Part shown: piece after piece, positions 40,989 through 56,855 of the stretch
Position numbering within the stretch: position 1 is the stretch's first letter
Layout of the letters: every line of letters starts with the position of its first letter
Assembly (NCBI GenBank): GCA_951406725.2
Contig: OX597822.1
Coordinates: 63,054,001 to 63,118,000, forward strand
DNA from: Octopus vulgaris
Taxonomy: Eukaryota
Direction of reading: 5' to 3'
Length of the DNA: 64,000 nucleotides
Program-made: the position numbers and the translations under genes
The notes under the pieces: generated by a model
The model's database searches: none
The model's input: only the letters and a program-made list of their open reading frames with translations
Told to the model about the DNA's origin: nothing

Positions 40989-41692
40989 GCGTGTGCGTGT
41001 GTGTAAATGTGGTTGTCCCTCAGCATAGCTTGACGGCCGATGTTGATGCGTTTGCGTCCACGTGGCTTGGCGATTCGGTGGGGGCGGGGAGACTGATAGA
41101 ATAGGTATTAGGCTCACAAAGAAAAAATTCTGGGGACGATTTGTTCGACTAAAGGCATTGCTCCAACATGGCCGCAGTAAAATAACTGAAACAAGTAAAA
41201 GAATAAAAGAACATATACTAGTATATACACAATACACACATACACACACACAAAAGGCGTGCAGTGATACTTGAATATTTAGTGCGTTGTTAATGACCGT
41301 TATCTGAATGTCTGTCTCTTTTACTCTTTTACTCTTTTACTTGTTTCAGTCATTTGACTGCGGCCATGCTGGAGCACCGCCTTTTAGTACTCATTTTATC
41401 GGTCTCTTTTTGCCGAACCGCCAAGTGACGGGGACCTAAACACACCAGCATCGGTTGTCAAGCAATGCTAGGGGGACAAACACAGACACACAAACACACA
41501 CACATATACATATATATACATATATACGACAGGCTTCTTTCAGTTTCCGTCCACCAAATCCACTCACAAGGCATTGGTCGGCCCGGGGCTATAGCAGAAG
41601 ACACTTGCCCAAGATGCCACGCAGTGGGACTGAACCCGCAACCGTGTGGTTGGTTAGCAAGCTACTTACCACACAGCCACTCCTGCGCCTAT
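39950..41692. mobile_element. Cluster of four SINE family A copies in alternating orientation (+39950-40345, -40450-40852, +40873-41210, -41318-41692)
   Basis: Direct and reverse-complement matches to family A. Confidence 0.85.
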
Positions 41693-41950
41693 GTACTCCT
41701 GCGTCTGTGTACAATATATTAATATTTATCTTAATCTGTCACCATATTTTTTTTTTAAATCTAATTGTTTTCTGTCGGACAATGTGTCTGACAAGTTTAC
41801 CAAACACCTAAGTGCTACTTCACATATTGAATGAAATACAAGTTCAAAACGCTTTTGTGTTACGTCGCTCTCGTACACTTTATGTATACACAGCTGCATA
41901 TATTCACATATTCACTAGGTCCCACACACACACACATACACTCATGCATA

Positions 41951-41988
<38 letters not shown>

Positions 41989-41996
<8 letters not shown>

Positions 41997-42317
41997 AAAA
42001 ATATGGTAAAGTAAAAGAATTCACTTTACCACACACCGAACTTTTCAGAAATAGCAGCCAAAAATTTGGCTATTTCTTCAACTGCAAATAAAAGTCTCCA
42101 GACAATGCATACTCAGAGTATGCATTGTCTGGAGACTTTTATTTGCAGTTGAAGAAATAGCCAAATTTTTGTATTTCTGAAAAGTTCGGTGTGTGGAAAG
42201 TGAATTCTTTTACTTTACCATATTTTTATAAATTAATACTTCAAATATACCGTAAATGGTCTTTACATACCGAATACTGCTTGGTCGAATTTATTAATTA
42301 ATTCGACCCCCTTTTCA

Positions 42318-42322
<5 letters not shown>
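41989..42322. mobile_element. (TA)n-embedded near-perfect palindrome plus tail, probable PLE remnant
   Basis: Arms 41989-42114 and 42116-42235 with a 1 nt spacer, then an ~87 bp tail and (TA)n. Confidence 0.7.
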
Positions 42323-42382
<60 letters not shown>

Positions 42383-42477
42383 GTATTATGTATGGCCACT
42401 GTCTAATGACTGAAACAAGTAAAAGAGTCAAAGAATATATGCGTGTGTGCGTATATGTATATATATATATATATATG

Positions 42478-42528
<51 letters not shown>

Positions 42529-42638
42529 ATTATGTATGGCCACGGTCAAATGGCTGAAACTAGTAAAAGAGTCAAAGAATATATGCGTGTGTGCGTATAT
42601 ATATATATATGCGTGTGTGTGTATATATATATATATGC

Positions 42639-42683
<45 letters not shown>

Positions 42684-42710
42684 CATACATACATATATAT
42701 ATATATATAT

Positions 42711-42914
42711 GTTGAATCGCTAGCTTCTGCACGCGTTTTTTTCTCTCCTTGTTTCTCTCCGTGTTTCTTTTCTGTGTATCTTTCTGTTGAAGAGCGTAGG
42801 CTCGAAACGTAAAGATTTGTTTTATTTATATTCCTGTGCGCCATACTAATACAATTGTTTGTTTGTACTCCACCTGCCTTCGTCTTTTGTTTATTTTCAT
42901 AAAGCTTCCCGTTA
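42711..42914 (+). mobile_element. Second copy of the (TA)n-flanked hammerhead-bearing repeat
   Basis: Reverse complement of 27723-27937. ctgttgaagagcgtaggctcgaaacgta at 42784-42811. Confidence 0.7.
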
Positions 42915-42968
<54 letters not shown>

Positions 42969-43291
42969 GCACACACACACTGCCCGGTAGTAATAATATT
43001 TTTTGTGGTGAAATTATATTTGTGTATATCTTATTAATATCATGCAGCGATACGTGTCTATAATGAAAATTTTCTAAATTTCTACGTGCATAGCTTCTCA
43101 GATTGTGTTTACTGATAATGTTATTTTCGTAATTTCAGAAGATACATTCTTTATATTTTGCTTTATAAATTTTCTTGCAATTCTAAATTGCATAAAATAG
43201 AACAGTTCTAATACGAATGTTTTGTTCAGAAATTGGTAAATTATTTCAATGCAGTTTAATTCGCAAAACAAAATCTCCCTGCCACCATATT

Positions 43292-43785
<494 letters not shown>

Positions 43786-43786
43786 T

Positions 43787-43957
<171 letters not shown>

Positions 43958-44049
43958 CGCTTAGGATAACACGTGAGTATACAACTTTTGGCTGAACAAG
44001 AGGAAAATATAGATTTGTCACTTTAACTCTTGTAACTCTAAAGAGATTG

Positions 44050-44484
44050 TTCATGAGACTTATTGATGGTTAAAGAAAATAAACGGTTTGTCTAGAAACA
44101 GAAGGAGCTTCACCAGAAATAGCAGCTATAATTATGTATTTGATTACATGGGGCATAAGAATTTTGACATAGAAAACAACGCTTAAGTCAAAACTGGTGT
44201 AAAAACCCCATGTATCGTTACAGGGTTTTAGTGCATCTAAATTTCCAAGCAAATGTTCTTGGGTGATTCACCTTTCAGTTGCAGATTGTGAGAAACAGCA
44301 CTGGATTGGATACAATTTAAAAAGTATAGATAATTAGCAGCATTGAACTGACTTGTTCTCTCTGCATAGGGTCGGTACTTGTTGAATGATGGCAGCATAA
44401 TATATTAAAGTGGTGAGCTGGCCGAATCGTTAGCAACGTGGCATATAATTTTTGGGAGGCAGAGTGACACGATCACAAGCTCAC

Positions 44485-44519
<35 letters not shown>

Positions 44520-46000
44520 GGCTAGAATAACTTCCAGTAGCATTTCTAGTTGATGATTGTTCTGATCTTTTTATTTGGCATCTCCACTCTTAAGTCAACT
44601 TCTAATCGTCCATTGTTTCAAACTGAAATGAAATTTTTTTACAAATTGATCTGCTGTTAAGTGCATCTTCTATGTTGGTGGATAGCTAAAGCCTTTTCCT
44701 CTCGTATCCAGATACAAGACTCTCACTTCATCAAGTGTACACTTTGAGACAACTTGTAGAGCTTGCCTGAAATCACCTGTAAGCAAGGTTAAAATTCTAC
44801 CTATGTATTAATGTTACCTCAGAGATTTTGTAAGGTGTAATCGTAAGCCTCAAATGAAAGTCTGTGATGTATTGTGTATTTATCTCATGTTTTCAACTTA
44901 GCTTGCTTCAGAATTTCTGTTTAAATCCTTTACCAACATAGCACAGGAGAAGGCATCGTTGTGTGCAAAGTCGAGTGGCAGCTTAAGTGTAGACAGAGCA
45001 CTTCTGCTGCCTGTGAGAAGAGTTGCAGCAATACCATTTGAGGCCACTACAACCTGATTAGGTGAACGATCTTTTACAAAAATTAGATTGATGCAAAAAA
45101 TTTTACCTATTTCAGTAAAAACATCAAGAAAACAACATTTCTCCCAAATCAGATATCACGGGGTTTTTTTTTATCTTTCCGAAGCTTTTATACATCTGGA
45201 ACCAAAAGTGATTAATTTTGGTAGAAATACTATTCCAGATGTTAGATATCACAGCTAAGTGACTTAAGAATCTCTCGGATGAGGGTAGAGTTACACTACG
45301 TACTGGTAACGGCAATCCACAGAGTTCAATTCTTTGCTTATCACGGACTGCACAACTTTTCAACGAGGTCCTATGTTTTTTTGTATGATTTGGATGTTCA
45401 CTTTTCCTGTGCTTATATTCTCTTTTGTCATGTCCTCCTGGCGGTTATACCAAAAGTATTGAGAATTGGATGGTTCACAAGTACATGAAATGATACTAAA
45501 GAAACTCCTTATTTTGCTTGTAGAATTCCAGGTTGCATTCTCATTTTTTAAGGTACTGTTCCTATCTGCATCATCTTCCGAGATACATCTTCTCTGGCAA
45601 GCTTCGTATAATGCATTTACAAATCATGCATTTGTGTTGAAGCCCTGAATGAAGATCTTAGATACCATGCAGGAACTGTCTGATATTTTAATTAGGTTAT
45701 TAAAATTCTGCATTTAAAATCTTATCTTCAAAACGTTGGTACGCAATTTCAAATGCCATAAGAGATAAAAGAATCTTCTTCCATCATTTTACATTTAAAT
45801 TTGCATATATCGATATCAACTTATGTTGACTTAAAGTGTTCTACCAATAGAATTGTTTCATGTTTAAATTTGCTTATACTTCTTAATATTCAGGTATACT
45901 CCAACTGTTCAGCATGGTTAATAGGACTGTTAATTTTTATAACAATTTAAATAAATTCATAGATTATAAAATCATTAACCGGATTTATTGCACATAAAAT
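44050..46000 (-). pseudogene. Degraded Helitron RepHel (PIF1-like helicase) remnant
   Basis: Minus-strand remnants ALYEACQRRCISEDD, VVASNGIAATLLTGSRSALSTLKLPL (cf. ASSGIAATLLPGGRTAHS) and LLTGDFRQ (~44762-44786). Confidence 0.8.
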
Positions 46001-46156
46001 CTGAATGCTTTTGAAATATAAACAAAAGGAAATGCGAAACAATGACATATGAAACTACATACTAACTTTATGAACGATAGTATTTAAATGTGAAGTTTAA
46101 TGACGACCGCATTCCTAATCAATTACACTGTAATTATCAAGTGCATGCATATGTGC

Positions 46157-46256
<100 letters not shown>

Positions 46257-47622
46257 GTATGTATGCATGTGTGTATGTATGTATGTGTGTATGTGTGTAT
46301 GTATGCATGTATGTATGTATTTGGATGTATATATATGTATATATATATATACATACAAACCTATTCATATGTGTTTGTACGTATATATATATGCGTGTGT
46401 ATGTGTGTACACGTGTATATGTGTGCGTGCGCGCATCTTGCGATATCTTCTGAGTTTTTTAAGTTCCGAGTTCAAATTTCACTGAGATCAGCTTTGCTTT
46501 TCATCCTATTAGTATGTGTGAAATGAAGTGCTTATCAAGTACTAGATCCCACTCGCTTCAATGTTGTTGGTCTTGTGCTTAAATTGGAAGATTTTAGAGC
46601 AGAATCGTTAAAAAGTCTCACAAAAGGCATCGTGGTATTTATTCCAGTTCTTTACGGTCTGAGTTCGAGAGAGCGAGTAAATGAACGGGGGACCGCAACC
46701 AAATGGAGGCTCTTATACTCCAAAAGGAAATGCTTAGGGGAAAAGAACATAATCTTAAGAGCTGCTTCACACCCAGGATATACCTAAATGCCAAATAGGA
46801 GACGTATGCACTTTATTTACACGAACGAAAGTACATTCTCAGATAGCGGTCCAATCCGTCATTGAGGAGCAGATACCAATATTCCTTCCCTCCTCACTAC
46901 TTCCGAAATTCAACCCTAAATAGCCCATGTTATCTTTTCTTTACTCTTTTCCTAAACTTTTCTTAGTCTTCTCTCTTTTCCTTTCTCGCTCTCTTTCACT
47001 CTCTTTTTATCGTTCTATTTTTCTGTCCTTGCTTTCTTTTTCTCTTTCTGTACTATTTTGAACCGGACTTGCCTCTTGGTATGGAAAATACTTTTCGATC
47101 TTCGACCATGCGTTATAATGGCAATTGTTTTGTCCAGAAAATATCCTTTTAAACCGTCCCGTGAACTGTAAATAGCGCAACTCAGAATGATGTCTTACAT
47201 ATTCCTCTTTAATACGTTTCGGCATATTCGAGCGTGAATATGCTAGACGCTATTGCATTTCGTCATTGGAGAACAAATTATTTCAGACGAATATATGTCT
47301 AGAACACATGTGATTAATTAAGTTAAGGGGAATTTAGGATACCCGGTGTTTCGCTCTTGTTTCTCCTCAATCAAAGCTACGCCTGGCTAATGAATCCAAT
47401 AAGAGGTTTTGGCTCTTGTTAATAAAATCAGAACGAATGTACGTTCATAACATATTTGATTGAAGAAGGTAAGTGCCAAAAGGATTTAAAACTCTTATCG
47501 GATTCATTAGTCTGGGATAGCTTTGGCTGAGGTGACACAATAAGATCAGTCAACTATTTCCTTATAGTTGTCTGCCCTTTTTTACTAAAAATCACAATAG
47601 ATGTATATGCATGGCATATATC

Positions 47623-47665
<43 letters not shown>

Positions 47666-47720
47666 GTGTGTGTATGTGAGTATATGCATATATTCACACA
47701 CACAAACACACACACACAAA

Positions 47721-47829
<109 letters not shown>

Positions 47830-48261
47830 GCTTGCATGAAACTAATTACAACTGCAGCCGGCTATTGCTGGTAAAAGTTTTAGCTGTCAATTCTGTACAA
47901 GACATTGTAGATTTTTAGCTGGGCTAAAAAGTCACGTTTGATCACAGCACCGTTAACAGTTAAGCCTCGTGCAATGGCAATATCCGATAACGAGGAAGCA
48001 CCCATCATCATCATCATGTATGTATGTCTCTTCTCTTTTTTAATTATTATAAATCTTCCACTGAGGAGGGAGCCGTTTTCCAACAAAGATACAAGGTTCC
48101 ATCTTTGAAATGTAGTTAACACAGACAAATTCACATTTCGAATATTTGGAGAAAGGTTTAGCATATTTTTACTGTTCCACTCACAGATTGCACTTGTAAT
48201 GTACGAATTAGATGGTCGATTTCTCTTTCTGAAAATGCCATTTTATCCAGATTGTCCTTTA

Positions 48262-49163
48262 TGTATGTATGTCATTATTCAGTTTATTTCAGGATATCTT
48301 GCCAATAGAGAAAGAACCGGTTTCTTACTTAGATGCAGGGCTCCTTCATTGGAATTTGAACATCAGTAATAGGGTATTTTTGTTTGCATGTATGACTGTA
48401 TGCCTGTAATATATATATGTATGTATATAATGTATGTATGTATGTATGTATGTATTTATGCATGTATGTATGTATGTATGCATGTAATGTATATATGTAT
48501 GTAGGTAGGTATATGCAGATTTGTACACTTTATGTATGTATTCTCATGCACATAGTTGCATATCTAGACATGCTCATACATATTTAAATGATAAATTTCT
48601 GGAAAGTTTTAAAGATTTTTGCAGTTCCAGTGATGGATTGGATCTGTAGTCTTCAAATAAGCTTTCTCCTTTCTGATTTTGAAAAGCCTAATTTTTCAAG
48701 ATTGGTATTTAGGCAGTGAGGTACATATCCCAGTGCCCTAATAATAACAGGTATAAACCTGAACTTGTAATCTGGATAGAGTAACTGCAGATTTCTCAAT
48801 AGTTCAGCATAGGTATTCTCTTTTTCACTGATCTTCAGCTTTATGTTAACATCTGCTGGGCAGCTAATTTCCACAACTGAGTACAGTTTCTCTTCTCTTT
48901 ACCAAATCCTTATATCAGATCTGTTGTACTTACATTCTATTGAGGTCTTCACTGGTACATACCACCAGTATTCCTTTTTATTATGAGTGGCAATAGCTTC
49001 TACCATATTGTTGGTTCTTATTTCTTTGTCTTCGGGACTATCCTTCCGACGGATTTCATTATAGAGTGTCCTGGCTACAATGTCATGTCTCATTTTCGGA
49101 CAACTGCTTATGATGTGGGTGATCTCGTCAGTGTAAACTCCACAAAGTCTGCATCAGTTGTCA
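48262..49163 (-). pseudogene. R4/Dong-like retrotransposon 3' end (restriction-like endonuclease)
   Basis: Peptides MRHDIVARTLYNE, YNRSDI (PD-like) and EISCPADVNIKLKISEKENTY...FIPVII. The 3' UTR ends in (CATA)n. Same family as 59001-59640. Confidence 0.85.
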
Positions 49164-49716
49164 CATTTGACTGTGGCCATGCTGGAGCACCACCTTTAGT
49201 CTAGCAAATCAACCCCAGGATTTACTCTTTGGAAGCCTAGTACTTATTCTATCGGTCTCTTTTACCGTACCGCTAAGTTACGAGGACGTAAACACACCAG
49301 CATCGGTTGTCAAGCGATGTGGGGGGGCAAACACAGACACACAGACATGTACACACATACATATATATATATTTCTTTACTACCCACAAGGGGCTAAACA
49401 TAGAGAGGACAAACAAGGACAGACAAAGGGATTAAGTTGATTGCATCGACCCCAGTGCGTAACTGGTACTTAATTTATCGACCCCGAAAGGATGAAAGGC
49501 AAAGTCGACCTCGGCGGAATTTGAACTCACAACGTAACGGCAGACGAAATACGGCTACGCATTTCGCCCGGCGTGCTATATATATACATATATACGACGG
49601 GCTTCTTTCAGTTTCCGTCTACCAATTCCACTCACAAGCATTAGTCGGCCCGAGGCTAGTAGGAGACACGGTGACTGAACCCGGAACCATGTGGTTCGTT
49701 AGCAAGCTACTTACCA
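49164..49716 (-). mobile_element. SINE family A with a family B SINE (~49371-49577) nested in its internal (TA)n
   Basis: Family A halves flank a family B copy, with tatata on both sides. Confidence 0.85.
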
Positions 49717-51374
49717 GTCAAGAATTATAAATTAATCAGCTTGTGGCAATTGTTCGAGTGTGAGAGCGTGCGAGCACGCCGGTCTGTTCGTGTGTGCCAG
49801 TGTGTGTGTGTGTGTATGTGTGTGTGTATATACGTGCGCATATGTGTTTACATGTATCTGTGTAAGTACATATATATGTATGTATGTACGCTTATAAGAT
49901 ATTTCTTTCATTGCCACGGATAAATTGGCAGTCTTATATTGCAAGATCAAATAAAAGAATTAACAGCGGCGGGAAACTCACATTCTGTATTGTTATATTC
50001 TCTTGCTTACAATATCTCACTGTCGCCAATGACGCTGCATTTGTAGCTATTCATTCCTTTCTCTTCCTCCCAGCTCTCTCTCTCTCTCTCTCTCTCTCTT
50101 CCTCCCAGCTCTCTCTCTCTCTCTCTCCCTCTCTTTCCTTGTCCTTTCCTCTCTTTCTCTCTCTCTCTCTCTCTCTCCCTCTCTCTTCCTCTCTCACAGC
50201 ATGTGGAAGGCATAATGACATGACAAGATACCAAACTTAAGGTCAACGTATTCAACAACGGTACATAGGTTACTAGCAGAGATATCTAATAATATACTGA
50301 AGCAAAAGAACTTGACTAAATCAGTCTGTTAGTCTGTAACACTAAAGAAACAGTAAACTATAAGAAATAATGACCCGTCTTTGTCGCCTTTGTTGTACTT
50401 TTTCCTTTTGTATTGGTGACAGTGCGCAGGTTTTCTTGTCTTCGGTTCTGAGAAGTACTAATCGCTAGCACATGAGTGGCACCTAGGTTTTCTGCTTTCC
50501 ACTATAATAAGCAGTTAGGTTTCGTTCGGAAGGTCTATTTTGTCGTTAATCGTGTACAGGTTTTTCCTGTTGTACCTGAATTAGAATTTCCACATCAATC
50601 CCAAACCTGTTTTTCCGGGCTGTCTGTTATTGAAGAAAATTTCCAAGGTGAAAGGATTGTATTTTCTAAATTATTAAGTATACATTATTTTGTCCTCGGT
50701 TTAGTGTTTCTATTTATACTTTAAAACAAGAAATAAGACAAATATTATCCAAAATAAAAGATTGAGGACATCAAATACTGGTTATTTATTGTTTAGACAA
50801 GGCATCTGCTACTGTTCTTCTGATTATTTGAGAAACTGTTAATTTCGTTTAATATCGACAAATTAAAGTAACAAAAATTTTCTTCTGATGTAAGGTATCA
50901 TTTCCAACGAAAATGATTTTCCTATTTTGAAAATTTGATACAACCTACATTTATTTCAGTTTTATTGTTTTGTGTTATATTTTATTTGTAACACTGTTAA
51001 TTAAAAATCAGAAATAATTCTCATGATGTGTTAAATACATGATTACGGAATTGTATTTTTGGTATGATATACTCATATAGATTGAAGAATTAAATTTCTC
51101 TTCAGCTGAATCTGCAAAATATTTTCGGTTTTGTGGTATATAGTTCTTGCTAAGAGAGTCGCTGATGACACGCCGTTAACGAATCTGAAAATCGAGTAAC
51201 TAACCCATTTGCGAATTGCTCGTCCACAACTGTCAGTAAACTACACTATCCATTATCGAGAGTCTTCTCTATCCATGTTTCACTCTAGTTAGTAGAATTA
51301 AATATCTCTAGGTTATGTAAAACAGAGGTAGGAGTATATGGGTGAAATATATATTGTTCTACTGCAGAGCTTAT

Positions 51375-51840
<466 letters not shown>

Positions 51841-52777
51841 CTTATATAAATTTCTCGCAGTAACTTGTTAGATTAATCCTTTCCCTGACCAAAGAAACTA
51901 AAGGTTCGTTTTGTAGTGTTAATCAGGTTAGCGCAAAAAAAAACATCTTCGGTAGATTTCGATCCTCTTTCACTGATGACCATTCAATTCGTCAAGTCGA
52001 AATCAGTGCTGCAATAAGGTTTATTAATTATACACAATCTCTGCACGAAACAGCAACTTGTTGTGCTTAGTTCTTGGCAGTTATGCAATTAAGAGTGGTT
52101 TGGCCATATCGATTAGCACATTGGCAAACTCTATGCGTCAGATCTCAGACTTTCATCTAATGAGCTACAAAGCTATTACCGTAAATGTAATTATAGATAT
52201 CATGAAAAACCATGATACCCGAAGCCGTATATGCCTCTCGGGTACTTCTTTGACCTTAATTGTATTTTTATGTAGGCACCAAGTTGTAAGAAATAACGCG
52301 ACAGAAAACGTTGTGGTATTTGTTCCGATTCTCGGAGTTCAATTTCCTTTGGGTCCAACCTTGTTATTCATCTTTTGGGTTCTGTAAAATAAAGTACCAG
52401 TCAGGGTGGTGGATTTTTGGAATAGTTCGAGTATTAGACGAGATGCCATTGCGATATTTGTTCCGATTCTTTATATTCTGTATAGACTTGCCATCACTGA
52501 CTTGTCCATAGAAGCTTTTAATGGAGTCTACGCCGTTGCAAAGCTTCAGGTCTCCGGTCTGAGAATATTTTCCTGCTTCCGTCTCACCACCTCAGGGACC
52601 CCGAAGAATATAAGGGTCATGGGCACCGCCTTTTTCTACCTAAGTGACTGAAAAAAGACTTTCCTATAGCAGTTGTTGAAGGTTTACATGGAGGCACATC
52701 TTTACAAAAGTTTATCACTTACGTAACATTTACTGATAGCTTAAAAATCTTAAATTTATGAAGAATGTATCTATTAT

Positions 52778-52999
52778 CTTTTACTTGTTTCAGTCATTAG
52801 ATTGCGGCCATGCTGGGGCACAGCTTTGAAAGATTTGTTTTAGTCAAATGAATCGACCCCAGTACGTTTTTATTCTTTTGTTAAGCCTAGTATTTATTCT
52901 ATCGGTCTCTTTGCCGAACCCCAAAGTTACGGGGACGGAAACACACCAACTCCAGTTGTCAAACAGTAGTGGGTGTCAAAAACACAGGCATAAGGACAC

Positions 53000-53051
<52 letters not shown>

Positions 53052-53782
53052 GATGGGCTTCTTTCAGTTTCCGTCTACTAAATCCACTCACAAGACTTTG
53101 ATCGGCTCGAGGCTATAGTAGAAGACACTTGCCCAAGATGTGACGCAATGGGACTGAACTCGGAGTCAAGTGGTTGGGAAGCAAGCTTTTCACCACACAG
53201 CCACACCTGCGCCTTATAATAGAAGGAAGTTTTTTTTTTTAAATGAAAAAGAAAGCGCCTATAAATATCTAATCGATGGGAGAATAATTATGACCAGTAG
53301 TATTCTCATGTCTATATATGTATACAAAATTGTCCCGCAATGAGGGATTTTTTTTTTAACGAAAATTTATTTTACTCTTTTACTTGTTTCAGTCATTTGA
53401 CTGTGGCCATGCTGGAGCACCACCTTTAGTCTAGCAAATCAACCCCAGGATTTACTCTTTGTAAGCCTAGTACCTGTTCTATCGGTCTCTCTTGCCAAAC
53501 TGCTAAGTTACGGGGACGTAAACACACCAGCATCGGTTGTCAAGCTATGTTTGGGGGACAAACACAGACACACAAACATATACACACACATACATATATA
53601 TATATGTATATATACATATATACGACGAGCTTCTTTCAGTTTCCGTCTACCAAATCCACTCACAAGGCTTTGGTCGGCCCGAAGCTATAGTAGAAGACAC
53701 TTGCCCAAGGTGCCATGTAGTGGGACTGAACCCAGAACCATGTGGTTGGTAAGCAAGCTACTTACCACACAGCCACTCCTGC
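52778..53782 (-). mobile_element. Two SINE family A copies (52778-53214, 53370-53782)
   Basis: Reverse-complement matches to family A. Confidence 0.85.
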
Positions 53783-55115
53783 AAATTTATATTTTTTTTG
53801 GAAACCTGAATAGGTTTTATCTTAAACTCCTTAAGCAATCAAATAAAAATTAGGGTTTGGATAAATTGTAAAAAGGTTACGGAGATGTACCTGACTGACA
53901 AGTGCTTTGATCTGAGATCCTGTGTTGAAAATTAAAACGATTGTAGGATGGAAAACTTAAGTCTGCGACCAGGTCACTGACAAAATTTGATGCGGCACAA
54001 ATTTTGTCGGTTATTCGGTCGCAGTTTCGAGTGACGAAAATTTTGACACTGTGTTACAAACGGTAAATGTTTAAGTGAAGTTAACGATCTTTGTATGAAG
54101 CTCGTAACTAAAACGTTTGTTCTTTGTTTACTTCCCTTTATTATTATTATAATAAAATGTTTGTCACGGTGGTTTAAAATTTTAGTTTTATTTTGGGACA
54201 TTGGAGAGAATATTCTTCATGCCGTTCTCCTACAAGGCTCGAACGATAAAAACTTCCAGGATTTCTAAATCAGATCATTTGAAAAAAGCTGTCAATAAAT
54301 GGCAAAAAGAATGCAAATGGCTTGATATAAAAATCTGAATACCAAAATATATGTCAATGTCAATTGATAAAAATAAGTAACAAAATAAAACAAAATGAAA
54401 GTTAAATCAGGCAGAATCGTTTTAAAAATTGGCAGGAATAGAAATCCAGAAGTATCAAAGGAAATGTGACAAGTTAAAGAAGGAACAGCATTTAAATATA
54501 ACAAAAACATACATAATTAATTTAATCCAGCTGTCTTCATTGGAATAATGTCTATAACTTATGTACATTGTGGAGCAAGATGATAAAAAGAAGCTCCAAG
54601 AATGTGTTTATTCAAATGGGAAAGGAAAGTTAGAACCGATATGTATGCCTTGAGTGACAATTATTGAAAGTAAAGCGGAATCAAATATTCTTTCCTCAGG
54701 TGAGAATATATGAGGGTTTGCTGAAAAATGAGGCTCAACCTTCCGACTTCTTTTACAGGGCTTAGAAAAAAACTGAAGGACTGCTGCAATAAGTGTGTGA
54801 ATCTGAGAGGGAAATATGTTGAATAGAATCATAATTAACTGATCCTCCTGCATTTTCTTTTGTAAGTCATGCTTCCAAAGGATTTCTTTTGGAGCTACTG
54901 AGACTGATAATGGTGCCTAAAACCATTAACGTGATCCAATCTACCGAGTAGTCGTCGATGGCGTTTACGACTCTTTCTTCTTTCTTTCTTTTTCTCTCTT
55001 TCTTTCCTTTTCTCTTTTCTTTTACTCTAACCAAGCTCTCAAAAATTCACCACACATGCTTTCTCATACGTGCATGCACGCACGTAGATACGTACACATA
55101 TGTACGCACTCATAT

Positions 55116-55211
<96 letters not shown>

Positions 55212-55303
55212 TAAATATTAGGGAATAAATCCAAAATTACAGGGAAAAAAAATCAGATTTTTTTCCTTGTTTGTTTTGCAAAATAGTGGTTTTGTCTCTA
55301 ATA

Positions 55304-55337
<34 letters not shown>

Positions 55338-55341
<4 letters not shown>

Positions 55342-55678
55342 TTTTTTCATTAGTTAATAAATCTTAGGGTAGCAAAAAAATTTAGAAAAATTCTTTGCTA
55401 CAAGTGGTCTAGCGACAAGAAAAAAATAGTCAATAGATAATATATTATTCATATAAAAATACAGTGTACATTTAAACACATAAGAGACGGCCTTAACAGA
55501 ACATCTGACTCGCTAGAAAGAGTAGTTAAACTACAAACCACTAATAGTTAAATTGTTTTTATTTTTCATTCCCTTTCAAAATTACAGCTATTAGTGGTTT
55601 GTAGTTTAACTACTCTGTCTAGCGAGTCAGATGTCCTGTTAAGACCATCTCTTATGTGTTTAAATGTACACTGTATTT
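55338..55678. mobile_element. Microsatellite-embedded inverted-repeat element, tail on the left
   Basis: Arms 55457-55547 and 55588-55678, tail 55338-55456, with (TA)n on the left and (TATC)n on the right. Confidence 0.65.
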
Positions 55679-55683
55679 ATCTA

Positions 55684-55802
<119 letters not shown>

Positions 55803-55959
55803 ATGTAGATAACAAAAGAATATTCGCTTCTAGATTTATATGAGGTTCGAAAACGAACGAGATGAAAACGCTAATAAATAATTTTCCAAAATTTTCCTTT
55901 TCCTTAATATATAAAATCTGTACAGCATTTCAAGCAATTTATACATAAGTGTATATATT

Positions 55960-56002
<43 letters not shown>

Positions 56003-56602
56003 CAGACAGAGAATTCACAATATTAATTAATATATGCATTATATGTGTGTGTCTATTTGTGTCTTGCATTACTTTTCCAATTTTTCACTGACATTCCTAT
56101 TAATTTTGCGAAGCATACTTTAATTAACATTACAAGAGTGTATTAGCAGGTTTAATTCTTCATCGTAACACGTGATATGAGCTGCAATTATGGAACGAAT
56201 GTAATTTTCAGTAAAATAAATCGAAGATGTCATCAGTAAGAAGGTGGCATGGAGTGTGAGGTGTGAAGTGGGACATGAAAGATTAAATGAATAGATTGGA
56301 AAAGCGAGGTTAATGTGACAGAACGGAGTGGAAATATTTATTTTAGTTTAGTTTACTTGAAATAAGGTTTAAAAAAAAAAAAAAAGGGGGGGAGGGGAGG
56401 AATTGAAAGAGAAAAGATGTAGAAGAGAAAATCGAAATAACTGTTGTCATGTTATAGAGAGTGTGAGAGGGGTGAGAGATAACACAAATAGGCAATACAT
56501 GGGTATATGTTGTATATGTAAATGTATGTATATGTCGGTGCTCCAGTATGGCTGCAGTCAAATGAGTGAAACAAGTAAAAGAACATGAAAGAATATGTAA
56601 TA

Positions 56603-56651
<49 letters not shown>

Positions 56652-56702
56652 TAGATATAGATATATATAGATATATATATAGATATATATAGATATATAA
56701 AT

Positions 56703-56855
<153 letters not shown>

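Noticed and set aside
50720-51360. Possible decayed MULE-type transposase on the minus strand
   Set aside because: Only vague motif resemblance; not supportable without alignment.
52058-52387. 109 aa hydrophobic ORF as a possible GPCR TM exon
   Set aside because: No class B TM2 motif (H-x-N-L), no convincing splice sites, and the 3' end runs into a SINE fragment.
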